64,000 bases of DNA from Alphaproteobacteria bacterium (GCA_965228895.1 OZ245842.1:1728001-1792000), one strand, 5' to 3'; positions 28,914-38,995 are shown, numbered from the stretch's first letter. Translations and numbers: made by a program. Notes: generated from the sequence alone by a model not told the origin.

Positions 28914-29164
28914 AACGCGAATCGCTCCATACGGTCATCAAGCTGCTGATCGCCTCGCTTGTCGTAGGCCTGGTGATGGCGATGGTGAATGTCACGCCGC
29001 TCAGTCTGATCCAGAACCTCGGCGACAATTTCGAGGCGATGTTCAGCGCCTTTGTCAACGCGGCGAGTTGGGCGATCACCTACATCATCATGGGTGCGGT
29101 GATTGTCGTGCCTATCTGGCTCCTGTTCAGGCTGATGGGCGCCAAGAGCAAACGCAGCGGCTAG
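28910..29164 (+). CDS. small membrane protein (DUF6460-like)
   Basis: ATGA overlap; KLLIASLVVG...TP and YIIMGAVIVVPIWL pattern. Confidence 0.75.
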   Translation: MKRESLHTVIKLLIASLVVGLVMAMVNVTPLSLIQNLGDNFEAMFSAFVNAASWAITYIIMGAVIVVPIWLLFRLMGAKSKRSG

Positions 29165-29173
29165 CGCGAGTCG

Positions 29174-29809
29174 TCAATCGACGGTGAAGTGTCTCGGAAA
29201 CAACGCGCTTAGATATGTTCTGAGCGCCCGCATGCCATCGGCGTGCTGATCGGGGCGGGGGTTCAGGTGCTCGGCCAGCCAGAAGCCGAAAAGCATGGCT
29301 TCCAGTCCGTCGATGGCCGCCGTCAGGTCGACATCATAACCGCCGTCATCGTCGACCAGCGTCTCCAGCAGCATGTGCACGTCGTTTCTGTAGCGCCGGT
29401 CCCTTGGTGAGCTCATCTCCCGATAGAGCGTGCTGCCCTTTGCCTCGCCCCAAAACGCATGCCAGACCGACACGTACTGTGGGTAATCATGGACGAACCG
29501 CACATCGTAGCTCAGCAGTCTCAGGAGCCGCTCGCCCGGACTGCCGCTCTCATCGGCAAGCGCGGCGTCCCAGCCGGCGCTGAACTCACCCCCGATGTGG
29601 CGCAAGACCTCGATGTGAAGCTGGTTCTTGGACTTGAAGTGAAACAGCACCAGCGTGCGCGAGACGTCTGCTTGGCGGGCCACCGTGTCGACCGTGCTGC
29701 CACGCAAGCCACGTTTCGCGATGCAGCCAATTGCCGCGTCAATGATCGCTCTTCGGCTGACCTCGCCCTTCATGCGACGTCGGTCGGTTGACTGCTGAGT
29801 CACTGCCAT
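29174..29809 (-). CDS. TetR-family regulator, BetI-like
   Basis: RRAIIDAAI...VARQADVSRTLVLFHFKSK HTH; WHAFW and GFWL C-terminal features. Confidence 0.88.
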   Translation of the reverse strand: MAVTQQSTDRRRMKGEVSRRAIIDAAIGCIAKRGLRGSTVDTVARQADVSRTLVLFHFKSKNQLHIEVLRHIGGEFSAGWDAALADESGSPGERLLRLLSYDVRFVHDYPQYVSVWHAFWGEAKGSTLYREMSSPRDRRYRNDVHMLLETLVDDDGGYDVDLTAAIDGLEAMLFGFWLAEHLNPRPDQHADGMRALRTYLSALFPRHFTVD

Positions 29810-29850
29810 GTGTGCGGCTTTCTCATGGTCACTATCGTCATCCCATCTTG

Positions 29851-29872
29851 TAACTGACCAGTCAGTCAGTTA
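29851..29872. promoter_or_regulatory. palindromic operator, probably for the adjacent BetI-like TetR
   Basis: TAACTGAC-CAGTCA-GTCAGTTA, perfect 8-bp arms, 42 bp upstream of the TetR start in a divergent intergenic region. Confidence 0.75.
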
Positions 29873-30079
29873 GCGTGATTTCGTACGCGATGGGACTGTA
29901 TGTGTCCAGCATTCGAGCCGTTCGGGGTTGGTTGAACCGTTGAATTTGGCGGCTTGGACTAGCGCAGAACATGAGCCGTCTCAGGGCGAGAAAACTACCG
30001 TCGTCACCTGTAGGGGGCGCAGTGCCATTCCACATGCCCGCCTGTGCGACGACGGTTTTGTGAACACAGGGAGATACAC

Positions 30080-31189
30080 ATGGACATCAACGAGTTTAAG
30101 GACAGGTTAGCGGCTGGCACGTTGACACGCCGTGACCTGAACAAGACACTGGCATCGGCCGGTCTGGCCGCCGTGACGATGCCGTTCGTGTCGGGAACCG
30201 CGAGCGCGGAGGAGCAGGCGATCTACTTCACCTGGGCAGGCTACGACATTCCCGAACTGTTTCCGGCCTATCTCGAGCAACACGGCGCGCCGCCGGATAC
30301 GCCGCTGTTCGGCGATAACGAGGAAACCTTCATCAAGATGAAGTCCGGTTTCCAGGTCGACGTCGCCCATCCCTGCAGCTTCCACGTCGGCCGTTGGCGT
30401 GATGCCGGGATCATCCAGGCGATCGACACCTCACTCCTGTCGAACTGGGGCGATGTCTTCCCCGATCTGCAGTCCTTGACGGGCACCCAGTTCGACGGCG
30501 AGCAATGGTTCGCGCCATTCGATTGGGGACAGACGTCGATCACCTATCGCACCGATCTCGTCGATGTCGATGAAGATTCCTGGGCGCTCCTGTGGGACGA
30601 ACGCTACAAGGGCAAGTTGTCCATGATGGGCGCGGCGGAAGACGCGTGGTGGTGCGCCGCCATCTACGCCGGCGTTGACGTTAACAACGTCACCGACGAA
30701 GACCTGGTCAAGGTACGTGCGCTGCTCGAAGAGCAGCGGCCGTTGCTTCGCTTCTACAACAACGACATGACGACCGTCGAACAGGCGCTTGCGACGGGCG
30801 AGTTGGTCGCCGCCATGACCTGGAACAGCTCACCGCTCGAGCTGACCAACCAGGGCATCCCGGTGAAGTTCATGAACCCGAAAGAAGGCGCTCTGACCTG
30901 GGTGTGCGGCATGGTCCTGGCTTCCGGTGCGCCGCATTACGATAAGGCGCATGACATCATCAACGCCCTGATCGCTCCGGAGCCGGGCATCTTCCTGATC
31001 GAAGAGTACGGTTATGGTCATTCGAACGAGAGAGCGTTCGAGGCCGTTCCCGAAGATGTTCTGCTGGCGCGCGGCTTGTCGAAGAATCCGCTATCGATCC
31101 TTGAGGCCGGCGTCTTCATTCCCAGTGCCAGCCCTGAGATCAATACCAAGATCGAGCGCGACTGGAGCGAGGTCACGGCCGGCTTCTAG
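30080..31189 (+). CDS. orphan ABC substrate-binding protein, PotD-like, Tat-type signal
   Basis: AGGGAG RBS; TRRDLNK motif and ASA cleavage site; FTWAGY, PFDWG, SWALLWD...YKGK, PKEGALTW. Confidence 0.9.
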   Translation: MDINEFKDRLAAGTLTRRDLNKTLASAGLAAVTMPFVSGTASAEEQAIYFTWAGYDIPELFPAYLEQHGAPPDTPLFGDNEETFIKMKSGFQVDVAHPCSFHVGRWRDAGIIQAIDTSLLSNWGDVFPDLQSLTGTQFDGEQWFAPFDWGQTSITYRTDLVDVDEDSWALLWDERYKGKLSMMGAAEDAWWCAAIYAGVDVNNVTDEDLVKVRALLEEQRPLLRFYNNDMTTVEQALATGELVAAMTWNSSPLELTNQGIPVKFMNPKEGALTWVCGMVLASGAPHYDKAHDIINALIAPEPGIFLIEEYGYGHSNERAFEAVPEDVLLARGLSKNPLSILEAGVFIPSASPEINTKIERDWSEVTAGF

Positions 31190-31211
31190 ATCGGATCGCG
31201 CAGACCACATG

Positions 31212-31249
31212 GAGCGGGTCGGCATCGCCGGCCCGCTCTTTGTCGTTTT
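31212..31249 (+). terminator. intrinsic terminator
   Basis: GAGCGGGTCGGC-ATC-GCCGGCCCGCTC stem followed by TTTGTCGTTTT. Confidence 0.75.
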
Positions 31250-31301
31250 GCGTCGGAGGCAGGCGCAGCGATCAAGCCACCAAAATCGACCGGACCAAAC
31301 T

Positions 31302-31461
31302 CCCTCTCCCCTTGAGGGAGAGGGCCGGGGTGAGGGGTCTTGCGCGATAGCGCAACCAAATGTGCGGCATGATCAATGGAGTCGGTTCCCCCTCACCCAG
31401 CTCCGTCTAGGGCGCTATCACGCCCAAGTCGGCGCAACCCTTTCCCTCGCTGGGGAGAGGG
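31302..31461. repeat. boxC/REP-like CCCTCTCCC...GGGAGAGGG element (two inverted units)
   Basis: CCCTCTCCC-CTTGA-GGGAGAGGG-CCGGGGTGAGGGG, then inverted CCCCTCACCC...CCCTTTCCC-TCGCTG-GGGAGAGGG, between convergent genes. Confidence 0.8.
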
Positions 31462-31473
31462 GTCGCGTTGATA

Positions 31474-33297
31474 CTAGGCGGCAGTCGCCTGGCGGGCGCG
31501 GCGTTTGCGTTCATGGGGGTCGAGCCAGCGTTTTCTAAGCCGAATTGATTCAGGTGTAACTTCAACCAGCTCGTCCTCGGCAATGTAGGCCATGGCGCGT
31601 TCCAGCGGCATCTTTAGTGGCGGCGTCAACAGCACGGCGTCATCCTTGCCGGACGCGCGCATGTTGGTGAGCTGTTTGGCCTTGAGCGGGTTGACGTCGA
31701 GGTCCTGGCCCTTGTTGTGCTCGCCGATAATCATGCCCTTGTAAACCTTGTCGCCAGGCGAAATGAAGAGGGAACCGCGTTCCTCGAGGTTCCACAGAGC
31801 ATAGGCGACGGCGCTGCCCTGTTCGGCGGAAATCAGCGTGCCGACACGGCGGCCGGGCAGATCGCCCTTGTAGGGCGCGTAGCCGTGGTAAAGGCGGTTC
31901 ATGATGCCGGTGCCGCGGGTGTCGGTCATGAATTCGTTGTGGTAGCCGATCAGGCTGCGCGACGGGACGAGGAAAACCAGTCGGGTCTTGCCACCGCCCG
32001 AGGGACGCATTTCCAACAGGTCGCCTTTGCGTTTACCGAGTTTCTCGACGACTGGACCTGTAAAGTCATCGTCAACGTCGATAACGGCTTCCTCGATCGG
32101 TTCCATCAAGTCGCCGGTTCCCGGATCCTTGCGGTAGAGGACGCGGGGCCGGCCGATAGCGAGTTCGAAACCTTCCCGACGCATGGTCTCGATCAAGACA
32201 CCGAGCTGCAGTTCGCCGCGCCCGGCGACCTCGAAGACCGTCTTGTCATCTGTCTGACGTACTTCGAGCGCGACGTTGCCTTCGGCTTCTCGCATCAGAC
32301 GATCGTGGATCATGCGGCTGGTGACCTTGTCACCTTCCTTGCCGGCGAGCGGTGAATCGTTGATCGAGAATGTCATCGCGAGCGTCGGCGGGTCGATCGG
32401 CTGAGCTTCGAAAGGTGTATCGACACTGGGGTCGCACAGCGTGTCGGCGACGCTGGCCTCGCCGAAACCGGCGAGCGCGACGATGTCGCCGGCTTCCGCC
32501 TGATCGACGCCGACCCGCTCCAGACCGCGAAAGGCGAGGATCTTGCTGACCCGGCCTTGCTCGACCACCTTGCCGTCGCGCGACAATGCCTTGATCGAGG
32601 CGTTGGCTTTAAGCGATCCCTGGGCGATACGCCCGGTGAGCAAGCGGCCCAGATAGGCGTCGGTCTCCAGGGTTGTCGCCAGCATGCGGAACGGTCCATC
32701 CTGTTCGACGTCGGGTGCCGCGACATGTTCGACGATCAGGTCGAACAGGGGCGTCATGTCCTTGCGTTCGTCGCCTAGTTCGGCCACGGCCCAGCCGTGC
32801 TTGGCCGAGGCATAAACGGAAGGGAAATCGAGTTGATCGTCGTTGGCGTCGAGGGCGGCAAACAGATCGAAGACCTCGTTCAGCACTTCCTGGGCCCGCT
32901 CTTCGGGCTTGTCGACCTTGTTGATGACGACAATGGGTTTGAGACCCAGGCGCAATGCCTTGCCGACCACGAACTTGGTCTGCGGCATCGGGCCCTCGGC
33001 CGCATCGACCAGAACGCAAACGCCATCGACCATGCTGAGAATGCGCTCGACCTCGCCTCCGAAATCGGCATGGCCGGGCGTGTCGACGATGTTGATGCGT
33101 GTCGAGCCCCATTCGACGGACGTGCATTTGGCCAGGATCGTGATGCCGCGCTCACGTTCCAGGTCGTTGCTGTCCATCGCGCGTTCGGCCACCTGTTGGT
33201 TGGCGCGAAACGTGCCGCTTTGCTTCAAAAGCTCGTCCACCAGGGTCGTTTTGCCGTGGTCGACATGAGCGATGATGGCGATGTTCCTGAGGTCCAT
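31474..33297 (-). CDS. typA: translational GTPase TypA/BipA
   Basis: [60 protein letters not shown]. Confidence 0.98.
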   Translation of the reverse strand: MDLRNIAIIAHVDHGKTTLVDELLKQSGTFRANQQVAERAMDSNDLERERGITILAKCTSVEWGSTRINIVDTPGHADFGGEVERILSMVDGVCVLVDAAEGPMPQTKFVVGKALRLGLKPIVVINKVDKPEERAQEVLNEVFDLFAALDANDDQLDFPSVYASAKHGWAVAELGDERKDMTPLFDLIVEHVAAPDVEQDGPFRMLATTLETDAYLGRLLTGRIAQGSLKANASIKALSRDGKVVEQGRVSKILAFRGLERVGVDQAEAGDIVALAGFGEASVADTLCDPSVDTPFEAQPIDPPTLAMTFSINDSPLAGKEGDKVTSRMIHDRLMREAEGNVALEVRQTDDKTVFEVAGRGELQLGVLIETMRREGFELAIGRPRVLYRKDPGTGDLMEPIEEAVIDVDDDFTGPVVEKLGKRKGDLLEMRPSGGGKTRLVFLVPSRSLIGYHNEFMTDTRGTGIMNRLYHGYAPYKGDLPGRRVGTLISAEQGSAVAYALWNLEERGSLFISPGDKVYKGMIIGEHNKGQDLDVNPLKAKQLTNMRASGKDDAVLLTPPLKMPLERAMAYIAEDELVEVTPESIRLRKRWLDPHERKRRARQATAA

Positions 33298-33520
33298 GCC
33301 GGATAAACCAGTTTAAGGATTGTCGGGGTGCGTCCCTATATCGTGCATGGTGGCCCCAGCACAAGGGGCGCGTAAGGTGTACCCCAATGAAATCCGGGGT
33401 TTGGCAGGGTCGAGCCGGGTGGCCGGTGGCCGGCACGGTCCTATCGCCAGGGTTGCATCGTCGGCCGCCGTCAGTGAGGTTATGGGTGCGGATCGGGCAA
33501 ACAGGCAAGACGAGCACCAC

Positions 33521-34378
33521 ATGACGCGGCTTTCCACGGGGGTCTTGACCGTGCTTGCGGTTGTCTGGCCGCTCATGGCCCACGCGCAGTCGGGCGAGGA
33601 CAACACCGAGGTCACTGTCAACTACGTCTACGCCACGCAGTTGGGCATCGGGGGCTATGAGGTCGGCGGCCTGGATGTTCAGGTCTTTACCCTGCCGCTG
33701 TCCAAGACATTCGAGTTGGATAGGCGAACCGATGTCGGGGATGGCGAGAGGCCATGGAAGCTGAAGGTCAAGGTGCCGGTCAGTTTGGGCCTTTATGAGT
33801 TCTCGGGAACGGACACCGATGATTCGGCGCTATCGGCAAACGTTGAGACCCTTGCCGTCATTCCAGGCGTTGAACTTCAGATCCCCATGACCCAGCAGTG
33901 GACGCTCAAGCCGTTTGTCGATGCCGGGTTGGGTCATGGTCTGTCGTCCGATGGCCGCGCCGCCTACATCTACACTGTTGGCGGTCGGAGCCTTGTCGAG
34001 TGGCCGGTCGGCGACTACACCCTGATGCTAGGCAATGGCCTGATCTACGCGGGCAACGCTGCGTTCGGCGACCGCGTCGAAGACTATACGGTCATAGAGA
34101 CCGGGTTTGGCGCGCGCCGTCCGGTCGGCTTCGAGATATGGGATATCGAGCCTGAAATCGGTGTCTACGGCATTCATTACTATTATCCCGAGCCCCTGGT
34201 CTTCAAACGGTTCCTTCAGGCGCCGCTTGAGGTCCGGAACCAGTTCGAACTTGCCATGACCGTGGGATCGGCGACGCCATTCGAGCTCGGGCCGATCACC
34301 GATCCGCGTATCGGTATCGGCTACATCTTCGGCGACGACCTGGAAGTCCTGCGTATCAGCTTCGGGTTTCCTTTCTAG
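33521..34378 (+). CDS. hypothetical protein, probable outer-membrane beta-barrel
   Basis: Sec signal ending AHA; alternating beta-strand patterns; C-terminal LRISFGFPF ending in Phe. Confidence 0.65.
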   Translation: MTRLSTGVLTVLAVVWPLMAHAQSGEDNTEVTVNYVYATQLGIGGYEVGGLDVQVFTLPLSKTFELDRRTDVGDGERPWKLKVKVPVSLGLYEFSGTDTDDSALSANVETLAVIPGVELQIPMTQQWTLKPFVDAGLGHGLSSDGRAAYIYTVGGRSLVEWPVGDYTLMLGNGLIYAGNAAFGDRVEDYTVIETGFGARRPVGFEIWDIEPEIGVYGIHYYYPEPLVFKRFLQAPLEVRNQFELAMTVGSATPFELGPITDPRIGIGYIFGDDLEVLRISFGFPF

Positions 34379-35007
34379 CTGCTTCGGCCCGCACTTTCGT
34401 GCAGAACCGGCGCGTATCCGGCGGCAAGCACCGCAACGGTTGATGCGGGTGTCAGCACGTCGACCTCCTGGTCCCCGATCGGTGCGGCGTCGGTGTATCC
34501 TTCGGGCGACCACGTCAGCAATCGCTCGCTGTGCACGAGGCCGGCGCCTTGACGCCCGCCGGGTAAGACCACCATCGTCCCATCCGGCAGACCCTTTGAG
34601 TTGGCGCGGTAGGTGACTTTGCTGCGGTCGCGCCTGGTGCGCTCACGGTGCATGACATCGTCCATTTCGACCGCCTTGGGCGGTGAGGCCAGGCCCTGCG
34701 CCAGTGCCCAGGCATGGCGGTAGCGGTTGTAGGGTTCGCGCCGGCACAAGGCACAGGGCCGATGGCCGGCCGCCAATGCGGTCGCCTCGTCCATGAAGAA
34801 GAGCTCGGTCCACACCCCCGGCTGCATGACCGGGCGCCACCATCCCTTGTAGGAAAGCTGGCAGGTTATCCAGGCGCGCAGGCGCCAGCGCCGGGTCGCG
34901 AGCTTGCCGGCCTCATCACAAAGACAGCCGCGGTTGCCCAAAAACATCCCGCGCGCCGGGTGATCAACTATCTCGCCGAATGGCGTCACGCGGTTTTGCA
35001 GCGGCAT
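34375..35007 (-). CDS. conserved hypothetical protein with an Ada-like Cys motif
   Basis: MPLQNRVTPFG, GNRGCL, WITC, TELFFMDEATALAAGHRPCALCRR, LPDG. Confidence 0.75.
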   Translation of the reverse strand: MPLQNRVTPFGEIVDHPARGMFLGNRGCLCDEAGKLATRRWRLRAWITCQLSYKGWWRPVMQPGVWTELFFMDEATALAAGHRPCALCRREPYNRYRHAWALAQGLASPPKAVEMDDVMHRERTRRDRSKVTYRANSKGLPDGTMVVLPGGRQGAGLVHSERLLTWSPEGYTDAAPIGDQEVDVLTPASTVAVLAAGYAPVLHESAGRSS

Positions 35008-35049
35008 CGCGGCACCTATGATGGTGTGAATTGGGAGGGATTCGGGGTC

Positions 35050-36837
35050 ATGTCGTTTCTTGTTATCGCCGCCATATTCCTAGCCGCCGCCATTGTTGCC
35101 GTGCCGCTGTCGAAACGGGTGGGTTTCGGCTCGGTGCTCGGATACCTGGCCGCCGGCGTGGTGATCGGCCCCTCTGCCCTCGGTCTGGTCACCAATGTTG
35201 ACGACATCCTGCACTTTGCCGAGTTCGGTGTCGTCCTGCTTCTTTTTGTCATCGGCCTGGAACTGCAGCCCTCGCGCCTGATGACCATGCGCAAGGCCGT
35301 GTTCGGCATGGGTGGCGCCCAGGTTTTGGTGACCGCCATCTTGTTGGCGGCGGTGGCGTTCGCCATGGGCTTGACCGTGGAGAGCGCGATCGTTGTCGGT
35401 CTGGCGCTGTCGCTTTCGTCGACCGCTTTCGCGCTCCAGATCCTCGCGGAGAAAGGACAGTTGGCGAGCGCCCATGGCCGATCGTCGTTCGCCATCCTGC
35501 TGTTCCAGGATCTCGCGGTGATCCCGATCCTGGCGCTCCTGCCACTGCTGGCGCCGGGTACCGGCGTTGACGATGGCGAACCCATCTGGATTACGGTGCC
35601 GCGGGCCATTGCCGTCATTGCGGCGGTCATCATCGGCGGCAAGTATCTTCTGCGCTATGTGTTGAGAACCGTCGCCTGGACAAAGGTGAACGAGGTCTTC
35701 ACGGCGACCGCGCTGCTGACCGTGATCGGTGTTGCCCTGATCATGGACATGATCGGTCTGTCGATGGCGCTGGGCGCTTTCCTGGCCGGTGTCCTGCTCG
35801 CCGAGTCCGAGTTCCGCCACGAACTCGAGGCCGATATCGAACCCTTCAAGGGGTTGTTGCTGGGTTTGTTTTTTATCGCCGTCGGCATGTCGGTCAATCT
35901 GAACCTGGTGGTCGAGCAACCCGGCCTGATCGTGCTGCTCGTTGTCGGGCTGATGGTGATCAAGTCGATCGTGCTGATCGGGGTTGGCCTCACCATGAAA
36001 CGTTCGCTTTCGACCTCGTTGATGCTCGCCGTGACGCTCAGCCAGGGCGGCGAGTTCGCGTTTGTCATCCTGGCGGTCGCGATTGGCGCCAACATCCTCG
36101 ATCCGGCGATCGCCGAACTGCTGATTGTCGTGGTGACGGTTTCCATGGGCGTGACGACGCTGTTGTTTGTCGTCAGCGATCAGATCAAGGCGCGCAAGGG
36201 GGGCGCCAAACCGGACGACTACGACACCGACATGCCGGATGAAAACCAGGTCTTGATCGCCGGCTTCGGGCGTTTCGCGCAGATTGTCGCGCGCACGCTA
36301 ATGGGCAAAAGGATTGGATTCACCGCGCTCGACAACAGCCCGGATCAGGTCAACTTTGTCCGCCGTTTTGGCAACAAGGTCTATTACGGCGACGCGTCAC
36401 GGCTGGAGCTGCTGCGCGCTGCCGGCGCCGAGAACGCGAAGGTCTTCGTGCTCGCCATCGATGACGTCGAAGCGTCGCTCAGGACCGCCGAGGCGGTCAT
36501 TCGCCACTATCCGCATTTGAGAATCCTGGCGCGCGCCCATGATCGCCAGCACGCCTACCGGCTGATGGACCTCGGCATCGAGGATATCGTGCGCGACACC
36601 TTCTATTCCGGTCTGGAGATGGCGAATATGACGCTGCGAGGCCTGGGCCTGTCGAGTTCCGAAGCGCGGCGTGCTGTCGAGACATTCAGGGATCACGACG
36701 TCGAGCGGCTCTATGCCCACCACGACATCTACCGCGACGATGAAAAGATGGCGCAGGCGGCCCAAGATTGGGCCAAGGAGCTGGAAGAACTGTTCGATCA
36801 GGACGAGGCGGACCGCGAACGCCAGGCGGCGGACTAA
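35050..36837 (+). CDS. CPA2 K+ efflux antiporter (KefB/KefC-like) with KTN domain
   Basis: AEFGVVLLLFVIGLEL, SSTA, LLFQD, HELEADIEPFKGLLLGLFF, SQGGEF, IAGFGRF, YYGDASR. Confidence 0.93.
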   Translation: MSFLVIAAIFLAAAIVAVPLSKRVGFGSVLGYLAAGVVIGPSALGLVTNVDDILHFAEFGVVLLLFVIGLELQPSRLMTMRKAVFGMGGAQVLVTAILLAAVAFAMGLTVESAIVVGLALSLSSTAFALQILAEKGQLASAHGRSSFAILLFQDLAVIPILALLPLLAPGTGVDDGEPIWITVPRAIAVIAAVIIGGKYLLRYVLRTVAWTKVNEVFTATALLTVIGVALIMDMIGLSMALGAFLAGVLLAESEFRHELEADIEPFKGLLLGLFFIAVGMSVNLNLVVEQPGLIVLLVVGLMVIKSIVLIGVGLTMKRSLSTSLMLAVTLSQGGEFAFVILAVAIGANILDPAIAELLIVVVTVSMGVTTLLFVVSDQIKARKGGAKPDDYDTDMPDENQVLIAGFGRFAQIVARTLMGKRIGFTALDNSPDQVNFVRRFGNKVYYGDASRLELLRAAGAENAKVFVLAIDDVEASLRTAEAVIRHYPHLRILARAHDRQHAYRLMDLGIEDIVRDTFYSGLEMANMTLRGLGLSSSEARRAVETFRDHDVERLYAHHDIYRDDEKMAQAAQDWAKELEELFDQDEADRERQAAD

Positions 36838-36843
36838 GCCCGG

Positions 36844-37671
36844 CTAACTGTTGCGATTGAGGATTGTGTCGAGAGCGGCGTCGGCATCCACGTCGAGCAG
36901 GCCAAGATTGATCGCGACCTCGCCGCCGCCGTCGACGTTGAGTTCCGTGCCGTTGATCCAGCCGGCGTCTTCCGACAGCAGGAAACAGATCGCCGGTGCG
37001 ATTTCGTCGGGGCGGCCGTCGCGGCCGCCGGCCTGCGCCTTCAATCGATCGAGGATGGCGTTGTCCATGGTGCCGTAGAAGTCATCGAGGATCGGTGTCT
37101 CGACGGCGCCCGGATTGACCGCGTTGACGCGCACGCCGAAGGGCCGCGCCATCATCGACGCGACCTGCGAATAGACGATGACCGCCTCTTTGGAGAAGTT
37201 GTAGGCATCGGGACCCGACATCGGGTGGTCCCGGACCCACGTCAGACCTTCGTCAAAACTCTGCGCCGCCATGAGGTCGCGCAGTGTCTCCAGATTGGCG
37301 CGCCAGCCTGTGCCGGCACACGACGCAACGTTGACGACGCTGCCGCCCGGTTCCAGCCGCGGCACCGTGATCTCTGTCAGGCGACGCAGGCCGAGCAGGT
37401 TGACGCGCATGACGGTCTCGCCGTCGGCCGAGCCCGGCACACCGGCCACGTTGGCAAGGCCGTGAACCGGTCCATCGATCAAATCGGCCGCGCGATCGAT
37501 CGAACCGGAATCGATGAGATCGCAGGCGACGAATGTCATGGCGGATGATTGCGGGTCGCGCCGGTCCATTGCGACGACCTCCGCACCACGTTCGATCAGG
37601 AGGTCTGCGGTCGCACGCCCGATGCCCGACGATGCGCCGGTCACCACAATACGTTTGCCGTTGAGGTTCAT
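36844..37671 (-). CDS. SDR, coniferyl-alcohol / 3-alpha-hydroxysteroid dehydrogenase-like
   Basis: TGASSGIG, NVAGVPG, YNFSK, PGAVETPIL; 4-bp overlap with the P450 gene. Confidence 0.85.
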   Translation of the reverse strand: MNLNGKRIVVTGASSGIGRATADLLIERGAEVVAMDRRDPQSSAMTFVACDLIDSGSIDRAADLIDGPVHGLANVAGVPGSADGETVMRVNLLGLRRLTEITVPRLEPGGSVVNVASCAGTGWRANLETLRDLMAAQSFDEGLTWVRDHPMSGPDAYNFSKEAVIVYSQVASMMARPFGVRVNAVNPGAVETPILDDFYGTMDNAILDRLKAQAGGRDGRPDEIAPAICFLLSEDAGWINGTELNVDGGGEVAINLGLLDVDADAALDTILNRNS

Positions 37672-38912
37672 GACGCCAGCTTGGTCGGGCTGTAGGTGCA
37701 GGGCAGGGCGCGCACGCCGTTGATGAACATGCCGGTGATCGGACGTTTGCTGTCGAGGTCGACGTTCAGGTCGGGCATGGTCTCGAACAACAGCTTGAAG
37801 AAATGATACATCTCGCGGCGCGCCAGATGCATGCCCAGACAGTGGTGCACGCCACCGCCGCCATAGCCGACGTGATCGTTGGGGTTGCGCCGGATGTCGA
37901 ACCGGTCGGGATCGTCAAACACGTCCTCGTCACGGTTGGCGGCGTTGTACCAGATGACAACCTTTTGGCCGGCTTCGATGGCTTGGCCGCCGATCTCGGT
38001 AGTGACCGCGACGGTACGGCCAAAGTGCACGACCGGGCTGGCGTAGCGCACGATTTCTTCAAGCGCGGAGGCCACCAGACCCTCGTAGTCCTGGCGCCAG
38101 TCGCGCCACTGATCGGGATGAGCGGCCAGAAACGTGATGCCCTGCGCAATCGAGCTTGCGGTTGTCTCGATTCCGGCGGTGATCAGAAGCTGAAAGTAAA
38201 TGCCGATATCGAAGTCGGTCAGTTTCTCACCATCAAGATCGGCGGCGACCAGGACGCTGATCAGGTCGTTACCGGGTGCCTTGCGCCGTGCTCTCGCCAA
38301 CTCTTCGCCATAGGCGTTCAAATCGAGAAATGCCTGATAGGAGTTGCCGAAGTCGCCGATCTCCGGGTCGCCGTGGCCAAGCGCGGTGATCGTCAGGTGT
38401 TGCAGGTGCGCGCGGTCTGCCTCCGGTACGTCCAGCATGTCACAGATCACGCCCATCGGCATTTGGTTGGCGATGTCGGCGGCGAAGTCGCAGGCGCCTT
38501 GTTCCGAGATCGAGCCGATCACCTCGCGTGCCCGCGATGCCATGCTGCCTTCGATCTCCTGCAGCATGCGCGGGGTGAAGATCTTCGCGACGATACGACG
38601 CAGTTTTGTGTGCAACGGGGGATCGCGGTTCAACATGCCGCCGACGATGTAGGCCTCGTCGTCGGACTCCGTAAACATGCCGGTGCCGTGACCGGAAACG
38701 AAACGCTTGGTATCCCGGCTGACGTCACGCACATCCTTGTGCCGTGTCAGCGACCAAAACCCTTCGCCGGTCGGCTTGCCATCGCTGTCGAACGCGGCCT
38801 GCCAGGCGACCGGGCGCTCGCGGCGAAACCGGGTAAACCAGTGGTCGCGATCGTCGCGTTGCCAGAATGCCATGTCGGCGAGATGGATATCGTCGAGAGA
38901 AAGCTGATCCAT
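37668..38912 (-). CDS. cytochrome P450 (CYP124/125-like)
   Basis: DPPLHTKLR, I-helix AGIETT, ExxR (EEIVR), heme motif YGGGGVHHCLG. Confidence 0.95.
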   Translation of the reverse strand: MDQLSLDDIHLADMAFWQRDDRDHWFTRFRRERPVAWQAAFDSDGKPTGEGFWSLTRHKDVRDVSRDTKRFVSGHGTGMFTESDDEAYIVGGMLNRDPPLHTKLRRIVAKIFTPRMLQEIEGSMASRAREVIGSISEQGACDFAADIANQMPMGVICDMLDVPEADRAHLQHLTITALGHGDPEIGDFGNSYQAFLDLNAYGEELARARRKAPGNDLISVLVAADLDGEKLTDFDIGIYFQLLITAGIETTASSIAQGITFLAAHPDQWRDWRQDYEGLVASALEEIVRYASPVVHFGRTVAVTTEIGGQAIEAGQKVVIWYNAANRDEDVFDDPDRFDIRRNPNDHVGYGGGGVHHCLGMHLARREMYHFFKLLFETMPDLNVDLDSKRPITGMFINGVRALPCTYSPTKLAS

Positions 38913-38979
38913 AGCGGTTCGCTCCAGAGCCGTGCGACACAGCAAGTTTGGGGTGGTGTTACCGCCGGGTCAACGATTA

Positions 38980-38995
38980 TCTATCGATCGATAGA
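38980..38995. promoter_or_regulatory. perfect 16-bp palindrome, probable TetR operator
   Basis: TCTATCGATCGATAGA between the divergent P450 and TetR genes. Confidence 0.78.
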
